Below, piece after piece: positions 1 to 11,253 of a stretch of 20,000 bases of DNA (position 1 is the first letter of the stretch; each line of letters begins with the position of its first letter). The notes under the pieces are model-generated. The model made no database searches and was not told the origin of the DNA. It saw only the letters and a list, made by a program, of their open reading frames with translations. The position numbers were made by a program, and so were the translations under genes. This DNA is from Chiloscyllium plagiosum. Lineage: Eukaryota. The DNA lies in contig NC_057718.1 of NCBI RefSeq assembly GCF_004010195.1, forward strand, positions 59,864,775 through 59,884,774. The letters run 5' to 3'.

Positions 1-330
1 CAGCTTAATAATATCCTTCCTAAAACTGGGCAACCAGAGCTGGACACATTAGGCCTCACAATGTCCTATACAAAGTCAACATGATTTCCCAACTCCTATA
101 TTCAAAGGACTGAGCAAAAACGACAAGCATGCTAGATGCTTTTTTAACCACCATGCCTATATGTGATACAAACTTCAAATAATTATGTACCTGAACTACT
201 GGGTCCCTCTGTTCTACAACACTACTCAATTGTATAAGCCTCAATTGCATACCATTAATTGTATAAGCCCTACCCTTGATTGTTGCATCAAAATGCACTA
301 CCTCACATTTATCCAGATTGAACTCCATCT
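1..330 (-). mobile_element. CR1/HER1-type LINE fragment, RT C-terminal region (degenerate)
   Basis: ORF 56..328(-) reads MEFNLDKCEVVHF...YTING...EQRDPVVQVH...FEYRSWEIMLTLYRTL, matching the post-FADD region of the CR1 ORF2 at ~10530-10770 in this window (NPDKCDVMHLG...YTMNG...QRDLGVQVH). Confidence 0.9.
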
Positions 331-372
331 GGTTGTCCTGTTTCTGTGCTCAATAATCTCAGTAAATCTTGT

Positions 373-551
373 TAAAATGAACCCAAAGAGCTGTGAATGC
401 TATAAATCAGAAACAAAAACAGAAATTGCTGTAAAAACTCAGCAGGTTTTACAGCATCTGGGGAGGGAAAGCAGAGTTAATATTTCAGGTCCACTGACCT
501 TTCTTCAGAGCTGTTCTGCTGAGATTTTGCTCTAATTTCTGTTTTTGTAAA
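373..551 (-). mobile_element. Short Penelope-derived hammerhead-bearing element, family A, with partial inverted arm
   Basis: 413-445 (acaaaaacagaaattgctgtaaaaactcagcag) is an imperfect inverted repeat of 516-548. The minus strand contains CTGAAGA-A-AGGTC-agtg-GACCT-GAAA. Possible degenerate TSD taa(a/t)tcttgt at 363-372 and 552-561. Homologous to 12460-12660. Confidence 0.7.
478..508 (-). ncRNA. Minimal hammerhead ribozyme motif (type I, PLE-like), CpG-decayed
   Basis: Reverse complement CTGAAGA A AGGTC AGTG GACCT GAAATATTA: both core boxes and a perfect 5-bp stem II. The stem III palindrome is AATATT instead of AACGTT. Confidence 0.6.
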
Positions 552-1199
552 TAATTCTTGTCCCTGCCCTCCATCTGAAATGACCCATTTCAGAGTAAAG
601 AGGAGTTCATCCTAACTTATCCATGGGTTACTTTGGTGGTAGCTCCATTGAAGTTTAGGGTTGCAATTTGCTTTCACTGTCTTAATCTTTTGACTGTCCC
701 CACACACAAAAAATAACTCATCCTTTCCCTACTTCACTAGCTGCTTCACTTTACTGGGCTCCCATTTCTGTTCTATGATTGTTGCCATTCTCGTTTACTG
801 CTACCCAACTGGGATTGACCTTCCAATTCCATACAGGCAGAATCTAATATTCAGACAACTAGACCCAGACATGAAGCAAGCACCTTCAGTTAGTTTGCCC
901 CAGTTGCTAAATTCATAGCTTAGGTTGCAGACCCTTGTAGCCAGCCAGTTTGGCTCCAGATTCCAGTCTACAGTCACAAAGGTCTGGACATTAATCTTCA
1001 GTGCTTACCAAGCCCTGACTTTGACTGCAATTATCAGCATGTAAACCTTCTTTAATAACGCCCAGACATTCACCACCAGGCTCCGGACTCACTAATCAAT
1101 TTTCGGATTCATTCTCTTCAACCGTCAACAGGACCTAGGTTCTCTTCCTTTCTTTCCCCCACCATTAGGCCTAAATATATTTGACTATTATTTGGTCCC

Positions 1200-1291
1200 T
1201 GAAAAGTGTGTTGCTGGAAAAGCGCAGCAGGTCAGGCAGCATCCAAGGAGCAGGAGAATCGACGTTTCGGGCATAAGCCCTTCTTCAAGAA
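1200..1291 (-). mobile_element. Short Penelope-derived hammerhead-bearing element, family B (partial)
   Basis: Reverse complement ttcTTGAAGA-A-GGGC-ttat-GCCC-GAAACGTC-gattctcctgctccttggatgctgcctgacctgctg aligns to 16887-16962. Core C3 is changed to U (plus position 1288). No TSD found. Confidence 0.8.
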
Positions 1292-1309
1292 CATGAGTCT
1301 CCAATAGTT

Positions 1310-1450
1310 CAATGATTCTTCATCATGCTTCAGATTTTCAGCTCATTTGAAAATTGAATTCATGGACATTATGTCCTCACTCAATTTGACTTTCCATATC
1401 AAGTCTCAAATCTTCTACCACAGGGAGTCCCTTGACGTTATCATTGCAAT
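1310..1450 (+). mobile_element. Highly degraded L2-like APE endonuclease fragment
   Basis: Manual translation from ~1357 gives EFMDIMSSLNLTFHIKSQIFYHRESLDVII, resembling the L2 endonuclease segment F..LLSS.NL..HV..PTH..G..LDLVI. Confidence 0.4.
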
Positions 1451-3434
1451 ATTTCCATGTACATTTCCCTGCCTACTTCAATGTCCTTATACCTACTTTA
1501 TGCTGTGACAAAGAAACCTTTCCAGGTCTTTGGTTCCAACTCTCAGATTCTTACCTTTTTCGCCAATGATTTTGTTCATGTTTTAACACCTAAATCCACA
1601 TCAAATGTAGATGACGTTAGACATTGCTGATTTTTCTCATGAGGACCTTTAGATACTGCTCCTAACTCAGCTGAAACATAGATGCCTGTCAGAAGAACTA
1701 GTGGTTTATTAATGAAATTAATTCTGAAATGATTACATAGAATGTATAAAGAAGTATTATTTCTGCTGATTGTATAGACACTGACAGAGGAATTCATAAT
1801 TTAATAGTCCATAAGAATGCAGGAGATCAGATAGAAGAAATTTGTTTTTGCAATGTGCTTAATGAACATAGAGAATGATTGAGGCCAGAGATCATTTTAA
1901 AAGAAATGGACACATTTTTGATTTGAGTAATGATTTAGAAAAACGAGAGGTTAGGGCATTGGGATTAATCATAAATTGCTAGCAATGACATCAAATAAAC
2001 AGAATTATCAGTTGCTTCCCACCCATATGCATTTTCTGCATATGTTTAATTCGTGCTTAGTAACCACACAAAGTTCACCTCAAATACAGAAAAACTCAAA
2101 ATGATTTTCAATGTTGCAGAACATAATGGAATTTACAATTTACCAACAGGCTGACAGTCCACATTATATGTCACAGGAAATTTAAAATGCCCATATCCAT
2201 ATTTTTTTAAAGAAAATTAAACAAAAATTATTTCCATTTCAATCCAACTTGTGTTCTGTCACCAGTAGTGCCAATTCTGGAAGTGAAGCAAAGTGAAACA
2301 AATGATAGATAATTTTTTTTTTTAAATCTAGTGTTTGTTTCACTTCATTTATGTCAAGAAATGTATATCAAAAATGTAGCCAATAAAAATAAACCTTCAC
2401 TGGAAGTACCAGCAGTGCTTATTCCAGGAGATTCCTGCAATAAAAAATTGAAAAGTTAAATATTAGCAATTTGTATGTTGCATTTAATTTATTTCAAAAT
2501 AAACAATAATAAGTATTCCTTTAACCATTAGCTAATTGTAAAAGACTTTGGCCTTAATTATGCTTGTAGCTAAATATGTAGTGGAAGTAATGTCCAGTTG
2601 ATTAGTTCTGACAACCTTCAGTTCCACCTTCTAACTGATTTTGACAGTTGATGCCAACTAACTTTAAATCGAGTGAACACCGCTCCTGTTATTATGAAAA
2701 AAAGTTGACACATGAGCTGAAACGTTCACTTAGAGAATAATATTTGGCAGCTAAGAAAGGACAGGATCAGGTTTAGCTGCGATAACTTCTTGGACCGAAG
2801 AGAATGGCAGCTCTCAAGTTTTGTTCTGGCTGCTATTGTAGCAAGTTATAGCATCCAGCCAATGCTTAACAACATTGTTGTCTCGTCAGCTGATGAGGTG
2901 GTCAATATTCAGTGAACTTTCTGCTGAGGTGACTTGGAAGGCAGAGGGGTACTTAATTATGCACAGAGTGAATTCAGGCTTCTTTCTGGCTTCTGCCCCA
3001 ATTAAGTCGAGGGCAGAAGGACTTGTGGACTACCTTGCTGCAATCCCTTCCAATCAAAGGCAATGAATTCACTCAGTGGTTGCTTTCCTTCCCTGCTGCT
3101 TTTCAACCAGTGGCAGGGACTCTGATAAGCATAAACCTGTCAGGGTGGAGTGGTTCATCATTCAAAGGCACTCAATCCCTCATCAAGGTAATCTGTATCA
3201 GAGAGGGGAAACACTACTCCCCTACTCCTACTCCCTACTCCCAGCAACACCCTCACTTTGCAACTTCCATTGCAACTCACATTGAGCAGTGGCCTGACTT
3301 TAGGCTTCTGGTGGATGCATTGTCAGTGGTTACCACCCAGCCCTGATGTGCCAAACTGCTTAGATAGATCTCACTGAAATACTTGTGTTCTAGAAATAGT
3401 CACACCCTTAACGAAGCAGATCCAGTACATTTAC

Positions 3435-3570
3435 AACACTAGCATCTATCTGGTAATGTGAAAAATTATTTAAGTATGACCTAACCTCAAAAAGGAAGAC
3501 AAATCCAACTCAGTCAATTAATACTCTATTAGTCTCCTCTTGATTTTCAGCAAAATGTTGAAAGGTTTTG
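3435..3570 (+). mobile_element. Degraded non-LTR RT fragment (WK.A.V.PVHKK.DKSNP.NYRPISLL region)
   Basis: aaaaaggaagacaaatccaactcagtcaatta...attagtctcctcttgattttcagcaaaatgttgaaagg is a decayed KK.DKSN..NY..ISLL...SK..EG. It resembles 5355-5465. Confidence 0.6.
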
Positions 3571-3599
3571 AATACAGTTTGTCCATAAACTTTGATTCC

Positions 3600-3770
3600 T
3601 GATTAAAAATCTGTCTCAGCCTTGAATATACTTAATGACCCAACTTTGCCAGTACTGTGAGATAAAGAATTCCACAGATTCACTATCCTCTCTGTGAAGA
3701 AACTCACCCTTATCTCTATCTTAACTGGATGACCTTTACTCTGAGATCATACCCTCTGGTCCTAGACTCT
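3600..3770 (-). mobile_element. CR1-clade LINE 3' ORF2 fragment
   Basis: The reverse complement resembles the CR1 terminal motif SRTRGH.L.....FF..RV.NLWNSL, also present at ~11040-11140 and 18665-18770. Confidence 0.75.
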
Positions 3771-5034
3771 GTAGTAGACATTGACTTCTACGACTTACAG
3801 CAATTAGACTCACACTAGCTGGACGATGAGGGAGAAAAATCCCTTTCTGGAGTAAGACAAAGCTGACATTTGATGCAAAGCAGTGGATGAGCAGTTATTG
3901 AAGCACTGTAGCATGGAGAACTTACAATCTTAGCAATGTTAAGTGAATGCTCCACTGCTGATCTCTGGTGAGAAGAAATAAAATAATTGTCTCTAAATCT
4001 GGCAGACATTGTAAATGTCTCCAGCCCCAATGTGGTAGAGGCCAGATGCATAAATGTTCATTGCAGTCACCTTTACTTGCATTGACAATGTAGTCCTTGC
4101 CTGCTCTGGAATGAAGTTGTGGCACCAGCAGTTGGTAGATTTCAGTGAGTATTTAATCTGTTCTAATAGAGTGAGATACAAGAAACAAGGGGGAAATAAT
4201 GAAGTATATTGAATGCAAAAGTTAAGTTGTTTTATATCTTGAAAAGAAATTTACTGTTTGCAGGATTGAGAATGAATGGTTTAAATTGTTCCCTTTGTGG
4301 ATCAAGAGAGATTGAGTGCCATTGCATCAACTAGTACCATGTCATTAAAAGGGCACTTACTCTATTAATTATGAGCCCTAACTTTCTGACGCAATGTTAT
4401 TGGGCAATTAATTTTCAAATCCAGCAAGCCCTATTAAGGAGGGTAAGGACGAGATGATGTTTGTGTGAGGCACAGAAGTGGTGTAAATCAACGAGTAATT
4501 TGTGGATATTTGCAACTCCTCTACTATCTCATCAATTTAGGATTGCTGACTAATTGACATGTTACAATCGTGAACATGTTAACAGTTATTTTTCCAGCAT
4601 TGCAGGCACAATGTTAACGTTATGCAACCCAGAAGTGGACATGAGTCAGAATATGAGTCTTATTAGCACTGGCTATCCTTGATGTAATAAAGCAGCTTAA
4701 ATCAACAATTATTTTAGCTTATGGTAAATAGGATTTCATTGAAAATTACCAATCCTTAAATGAAATAGGATAAAAGGATGCTGAATGCTAAGCACCTCAC
4801 TTGAAAAGTAATTGAATTTAATCAATTATTTAGCATGGAAAAATAGTTATATTGATTACTTTAAGTTAATTTGAATGACTCTAATTAAATTACCAATTAC
4901 ATGTTGCTGCTGTAATTGTCATGGTTACTTTTATCTTGTAATTGCTACAAGCATCATATATACTACTTGTCTGTTAACCTCTGTGTAAATGAGTTTCTGT
5001 TTCACGCAAATTTAAAGAAGCAAAATTTCAGCTA

Positions 5035-6140
5035 CTGCATCATCGTGCCACATCCAGTCATGAATGATGGTGGACTATTAAACAATGAACTGGAGGAAGA
5101 GGCTCCACAAACATCCCTTTCCCCAATGATGGTGGAGCTTCCAACATGTTGTATGATTTGTACATATCATCAGTCAAAAGTGCCGAGTAGATGGTCTAGT
5201 TTAATTTCCTACTGAGTTCTTTAGTGTCAAATATTGGAATCTTCCCAGGTCCTGTACAATGTGAGCTATGGCAAAAACAATGGACAATACCGGCTGAATT
5301 GTCACCCAAGATCGCCGTAGTCCCTAACCAAGCTTTTCCAGTCCAGATATAATGCTGATATCTGCCTGACAATGTGAAAGGTTGTCAGGTGTGTACTGTC
5401 CACAAAAAAGAAGCAGAATAAAACCAATCTGGTAAATTACTGCTCCCTCTCAATTATCAGCAAAGGGATAAATTGCTGTCAAGTCACGTTTAGTCTGCAG
5501 TGGCCTGCTTACTGGTACTCAGTTTTGGTCCTCAGATCTGGACCATGTTACAGTCTTGGTTCAAACATTGCTACAAAAGCTGAATTCCAGCAACAAAGGG
5601 ATAATGATTGCCCTTGATATCAAAGCAATGTTAAACTGGCTATGGCATCAAGAAAAAATGGTAGAACTGAAGTCAGTGGAAATCAGGTGGCAATCTAACC
5701 AATGTTCAAAGTTGTTCCCATCACAATGGAAAATGTTTGTGGATGTTTGAGACCAATGAGCTTAGAGTCAGGACATTACTGTCAGGGTTTTCTCAGAGGT
5801 GTCCCAGGCTCAGTTATCTTCAGTTGCTTCATTATTGGTCTTGTCTTCATTATATGTTCAGAAGTGGGGATATTTGCACCTTTTCAGATAGTGAAGTCCA
5901 TGCCTGTGTGGAGTAAGACCTGGATAACATTCAGGCTTGGAAAAGCAGCATTCACATCAATTAAGTGCCAGCAATAACTATATCTCACATGAAAGAGTGT
6001 GGTCATTTCTCTGTGATGTTCCACTGCATTGCTAGCATTGAATCCAACACCATCAACATTCTGGTGCAGAGGTTGGGGTTGGGATTCACCAGAAATTTAG
6101 CTGGATCAACCTTACTATGGCTAGAAAAGAAGGCCAGAGG
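5035..6140 (+). mobile_element. Old, heavily mutated non-LTR (CR1/L2-group) RT region
   Basis: Fragments across frames: VHKK..NKTNLVNYC, IALDIKAMLNWLWHQ (cf. ALDIKAAFDRVWH), GVP-GSVIFSCFI (cf. GVPQGSVLGP.IF.CFINDL). Many stops and frameshifts. Confidence 0.75.
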
Positions 6141-6234
6141 CTGTCATTTCTTTGAATATATTTTGACTCCTTGGTTCTAAATCCTTTTTAAAATTATGGA
6201 CTTTCCCCTCTTTATCTTTGTAGTGTCATTGAAT

Positions 6235-6547
6235 CCAACAACCCCATCACTTCTACCTTCTCTGAACTCTTCTTCTTACTCTGGCCTTTTGAGCATTTCC
6301 TTACCACTGTGACAGGCTGAACTTCATGAATCCTGATTCTATTCTGGAGTGTCCTTCTTAAAATACCGTCATGTATCTAGCATGCTCTCATTCTTTAAAA
6401 CTTCCCTTAAAATGCATCGCTTTGACCAGGATTTTGGTAAAATCTTTTAAGCATTTGCCTCGCTTTCACTTTTATTTGATTATGTTCAACCAGTTTCTTT
6501 AATTTCTTTTCTCAATAATGCTGCTGTCTAAATGCATATTGTTATTG
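6235..6547 (+). mobile_element. L2-type LINE/SINE 3' end relic
   Basis: ctttaaaacttcccttaaaatgcatcgctttgaccaggattttggt resembles the L2 FK..LKT.LF terminus, followed by gctgtctaaatgcatattgttattg, similar to the L2 3' tail. Confidence 0.5.
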
Positions 6548-6568
6548 CATACCACACTGTCTGCTTTT

Positions 6569-6621
6569 CCTCCCAAAATGGAGCACCTCACACCTAGGTG
6601 GTGGGTGTATGGAATGAGTTA
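6569..6621. mobile_element. Two tiny abutting CR1 fragments in opposite orientation
   Basis: 6569-6595 on minus encodes RCEVLHFGR; 6596-6621 on plus encodes RWWVYGMS in one frame and VVGVWNEL in the CR1 frame. Confidence 0.5.
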
Positions 6622-6645
6622 CATAGTAGGTTGTTAAGTACAGCT

Positions 6646-6768
6646 AGGAGAAAGTGAGGACTGCAGATGCTGGAGATCAGAGTCAGATCTGGAAAAGCTG
6701 GAAAAGCACAGCAGGTCATGCAGCATCTGAGGAGCAGGAGAAACAATGTTTCAGGCATAAGTCCTTCA
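6646..6768 (-). mobile_element. Short Penelope-derived element, family B, with 12-bp TSD
   Basis: Flanked by identical ttaagtacagct at 6634-6645 and 6769-6780. Homologous to 16887-17008. Decayed hammerhead remnant atgaaggacttatgcctgaaacattg on the minus strand. Confidence 0.85.
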
Positions 6769-6825
6769 TTAAGTACAGCTCTCTAGCCTAGACCTCTCAC
6801 TTCATATACTCAATCCAGACATTGA

Positions 6826-7005
6826 GGAATGCCCTGCCTGCCAATGTAGTTAACTTAGCAACATTAGGGGCATTTAAACAGTCCTTGGATAAGCATATGG
6901 ATGCTGATGGGATAGTGTAGGGGGATGGGCTTAGATTAGTTCACAGGTCAGCGCAACATCGAGGGTCGAAGGGCCTGTTCTGCACTGTATTGTTCTATGT
7001 TCTAT
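6826..7005 (+). mobile_element. 5'-truncated CR1/HER1 3' end
   Basis: Encodes (W)NALPANVVNLATLGAFKQSLDKHMD, followed by the gagggtcgaagggcctgttc 3' stem-loop and a (gttctat)2 tail. Confidence 0.9.
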
Positions 7006-7239
7006 ACTGATATTAGTATCATGTCATCAATTGTATTATCATGCTTTATATGAATCTCATTGTTCCACATTTTCACAAAGCTCTATCTACTTGGTTTTCA
7101 TTTTCTAGTAATTTACTTTCACTTGCTTATACATTCTTTATAATCCATTTTGCCAGAGTGGCGAGGAGAGAAGATGAGGTGAAGTGAGGGCTACCGGGAA
7201 GGTAAAGGCTCAATTTATATTTGGGCAGTGGCTAAGCCC

Positions 7240-7263
7240 GAGACATTACACGTGTAGTATCTC
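7240..7263. promoter_or_regulatory. 24-bp near-palindrome centred on an E-box (CACGTG) in the CR1 5'UTR
   Basis: gagacattaCACGTGtagtatctc: 10 of 12 Watson-Crick pairs, E-box at 7249-7254. E-boxes have been proposed as internal promoter elements of CR1 5'UTRs. Confidence 0.55.
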
Positions 7264-7397
7264 CCTCCCGCCCTGCTCCTCTAACCGGAAGAAAAAGACT
7301 CTGTAAGGTAAGGCTTTTATTTCTTTCTTATCATTCTTTTTCATGTATTTAAGTGCATTGTTTGATTTTAGTTAGTTCATATAAAGCTAAGCTTACA

Positions 7398-8345
7398 ATG
7401 GCCGGGACCTCAGACCCATGGCATGTGCCTCTTGCTTAATGTGGGAGTTAGGAACGTGGCTGATGTTCCTGACTCTTACAGCTTGCAAGAAGTGTGTCCA
7501 GCTGCAGCTGTTGTTTGACTGCATGACGGCTCTGGAGCTGCGGATGGACTCATTGTGGAACATCCGCGATACTGAGGAGGTCGTGGATAGCACGTTTAGT
7601 GAACTGGTAACATTGCAGGTTAGGATTGCTGAGGGAGACAGTGAATGGGTGACCAAAAGACAGAAAAAGAGTAGGAAGGCAGTGCAGGTGCCCCCTGCAG
7701 TCATCTCCTTCCAAAACAGGTATACCGTTTTGGATACTGTTGGGGGAGATGGTTCACCAGGAGAGGGCAGCAGTTGTCAAGATCATGGCACCGTGGCGGG
7801 CACTGCTGTTCAGAAGGGCGGGAAAAAGTCTCGTAGGACCATAGTCATAAGAGATTCTATTGTGAGGGGAGTAGATAGGCGGTTCTGTGGCCGAAAACGG
7901 GACTCCCGGATGGAATGTTGCCTCCCAGGTGCTCGGGTCAGGGATGTCACCAATCGCCTGCAGAGCATTCCAAAAGGGGAGGGTGAACTGCCAGTTGTCT
8001 TGGTGCATATAGGCACCAACGATATAAGTAGAAAATGCGATGAGGTCCTGAAAGAAGAATTCAGGGAGCTAGGAGAGAAGTTAAAGAGGAGGACCTCAAA
8101 GGTAATGATCTCGGGATTACTTCCAGTGCCACATGCTAGCCAGCGTAGAAATGAAAAAAATAGGCAGGGTGAACACATGGCTTGAAGGATGTTGTAGGAG
8201 GGAGGGGTTCAGATTTGTTGGACATTGGGACCGGTTCTGGGGAAGATGGGACTATTACAAAATGGATGGTCTACATCTGAACCAGACCAGAACCAATGTC
8301 CTTGGAGGAGTTTTTGCTACTGCTGTTGGGGAGGTTTTAAACTAA
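7398..8345 (+). pseudogene. CR1 ORF1p (zinc finger, coiled coil, SGNH/GDSL esterase), frameshifted
   Basis: ATG at 7398; CASC...CKKC; LQLLFDCMTALELRMDSL heptads; esterase blocks IVIRDSIVR (GDS changed to RDS), CLPGARV, HIGTND and DGLH. Small indels near 7405 and 7448-7485, and a +1 shift in the A7 run at 8154-8160. Stop TAA at 8343-8345. Confidence 0.93.
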
Positions 8346-10779
8346 TGTGGCAGGGGACTGGGAACCAGAAGAGAAAACAAGTAGGCAGCGAGGTGGAGAC
8401 TGGAGACTGTAAGAATTATGAAGGGAAGAGTAGGCAGACAGCAGATAAGCGCAAAAGAACTGATGGCCTGAAATGCATCTACTTTAATGCCAGGAGTATA
8501 GTGTGTAAGGCAGATGAACTTAGGGCTTGGATTGGTGCCTAGGAGTGTGACGTTATTGCAATCACAGAGACTTGGTTGAAGGAAGGGCATGATGATTGGC
8601 AACTAAAGGTTCCAGAATATAGACACTTCAGACGGGACAGGGAGGGAAGTAAAAGTGGGGGTGGAGTTGCATTGCTGGTCAGGGATGATATCACGGCTGT
8701 GCTAAAGGAGGACACTATGGAGGTCGTGGCTAGTGAGGCATTATGGGTGGAGCTGAGAAATAAGAAGGGTGCAGTTACATTATTGGGGCTGTATTACAGG
8801 CCTCCCAACAGTGAGCTTGAGGTAGAAGAACAAATAGGTAAACAGATTATGGAAAGATGTAGAGGCAATAGGGGAGTGGTGATGGGAGATTTTAATTTTC
8901 CTAACATTGACTGGGATATACTTAGTGTCAGAAGACTGGATGGGGTAGAATTTGTAAGAAGCATCCAGGAGAGTTTTCTAGACCAGTATGTCAATAGTCT
9001 GACAAGGGAAGGGGCCATATTGGACCTGATACTGGGGAACGAGCCAGGCCAGGTGGTAGAAGTTGCTGTGGGGGATTTCTTTGGGAACAGTGACCACAAT
9101 TCTGTAAGTTTTAGTATATTTGTAGATAAAGATAAGAGTGGTCCTAAGGGAAGAGTACTAAACTGGGCCACAGCCAATTATATCAAAATTAGGCAGGAGC
9201 TGGGTAATGTGGATTGGACACAGCTATTTGAAGGGAAGTCCACATTTGATATGTGGGAGGCTTTCAAAGATAGGTTAAAGATAGTGCAGAATAAGCATGT
9301 CCCGTTGAAGGCAAAGGATAGAAAGGGCAAGATTTGTGAACTGTGGATGACAGGAGAAATTATACGACTGGCCAAGAGGAAAAGGGAAACGTACATAAGG
9401 TCAAGGCAGCTAAGAACAGAACAGGCCCTGGAGGAATATTGGAAGAGTAGGACAAGTCTTAAATGAGGAATCAAGCGGGCTAAAAGGGGTCGTGAAATAG
9501 CTTTAGCGAGCAGAATTAAGGAGAATCCCAAAGCACTTTATTCTTATATAAGAAGCAAGCTGGTAACTAGGGAAAGGATTGGTCCACTAAAGGATAATGA
9601 AGGAAGGCTGTGTGTCAGACCTGAGAGAATGGGTGAGATTCTGAATAATTACTTTGCATCAATGTTCACTGAGGAGAGGAACATGGTGAATCTTGAGATT
9701 AGAGATAGAAGTTTAATTAGTCTGGGTCACATTGGCATAAGTAGGGAAGATGTGTTGGGTAGGCTCGAGGTTATTAAGGTGGACAAATCCCCAGGACCAG
9801 ATGGGATCTATCCCAAGTTACTGAGGGAAGCAAGAGAGCAAATAGCTGGGGCCTTGACAGATATCTTTGTGGCATCCTTAAATACAGGTGAGGTGCCAGA
9901 GGACTGGAAGGTTGCTCATGTTGTCCCCCTGTACAAGAAGGGTAGTAGGGATATTCCGGGTAACTACAGACCGATGAGCCTGACGTCGGTGGTGGGAAAG
10001 TTGCTGGAGAGGGTACTGAGTGATAGGATCTATTCATTTTTCGAAAAGGCATACAACAGAGATAGGCAACATGGTTTGGTGCGGGGGAGATTGTGCCGTA
10101 CCAACTTAAAAGAGTTCTTTGAGGAAGTGACCAAGTTGATAGATGAAGGAAGGGCTGTTGATGTCATACATGGACTTTAGTAAGGTGTTTGATAAGGTTC
10201 CCCATAGTAGATTAATAGAGAAAGTGAAGTCACATGGTGTGCAGGGTGTTCTCGCTAGGTGGATAAAGAACTGGTTGAGCAACAGGAGACAGAGAGTAGT
10301 AGTTGAAGGGAGTTTCTCAAAATGGAGAAAAGTGACCAGTGGTGTTCCGTAGAGGTCAGTTTTGGGGCCACTGTTGTTTGTAATATACATAAATGATCTA
10401 GAAGAGGGCACTATTGATATGATCAGCAAGTTTGCAGATGACACGAAGATTAGTGGAATAGCAGAAAGCATAAGGGACTGTCAAAGAATACAGGAGGATA
10501 TAGATAGACTGGAGAGTTGGGCGGAAAACCCAGACAAATGTGACGTGATGCATTTAGGCAAGACTAATTCTAGAGCAAATTATACAATGAACGGAAAAGC
10601 CTTGGGGAAAGTTGATGGGCAGAGAGATCTGGGAGTACAGGTCCATTGTACCCTGAAGGTTGCTGCACAGGTGGATAGAATGGTTAAGAAGGCATATAGA
10701 ATGCTTGCCTTCATTAGACGGGGATTGAGTATAAGAGCTGGCAAGTCATGTTAAAATTGTACAGGACGTTGGTTTGGCT

Positions 10780-10811
<32 letters not shown>

Positions 10812-11253
10812 AACATTACTAAAAAGATGGGGACGCTTTGGAGAGGATGCAGAGAAGGTTTACGAGGATGTTGCCTGATATGGAAGATGCTAGCTATGAA
10901 TGGAGGTTGAGTAGGTTAGGTTTATTTCCATTAGAAAAAAGGAAAACGAGGGGGTCCTGACTGAGGTTTACCAAATCATGAAGAGTATAGACAGGGTGGA
11001 TAGAGACAAGCTTTTTCTCAGGGTGAAGGATTCCATAAAGAGAGGTCATACTTTCAAGGTGAGAGGTGTCAAGTTTAAGGGGGATACATGCGGCAAGTAC
11101 TTCACACAGAGGGTGGTGGGCGTTTGGAACGCGTTGCCAGCAGAGGTGGTAGAGGCAGGCACGGTAGATTCATTTAAGATGTGTCTGGACAGATGCATGA
11201 GTAGGTGGGGAACACAGGGATACAGATGCTTAGGAATTGGGCGACAGGTTTAG
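8345..11253 (+). pseudogene. CR1 ORF2p (APE endonuclease and reverse transcriptase), disrupted
   Basis: YFNARS, ITETWL, GGGVALLV, YYRPP, MGDFN, ILDLILGN, SDHN, SPGPDGI, NYRPMSLTS, MDFSKVFDKV, SGVP*RSVLGP, KFADDTK. In-frame stops at 8540-8542, 9464-9466 and 10350-10352, two more near 10790-10822, and frameshifts near 10168, 10720 and 10950. Confidence 0.96.

Noticed and set aside
2694..2730. atgaaaaaaagttgacacatgagctgaaacgttcac as another hammerhead
   Set aside because: It has GAAACGTT but no CTGANGA box, poor stem II pairing and no downstream family module; at best a very old relic.
4820..4925. TAAT/ATTA-rich stretch as a homeodomain enhancer (similar at ~2520-2650)
   Set aside because: Expected at this AT content; needs cross-species conservation that cannot be assessed here.
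7393..10471. Antisense ORFs inside the CR1 element
   Set aside because: These are shadow frames of LINE coding sequence with no recognisable domains.
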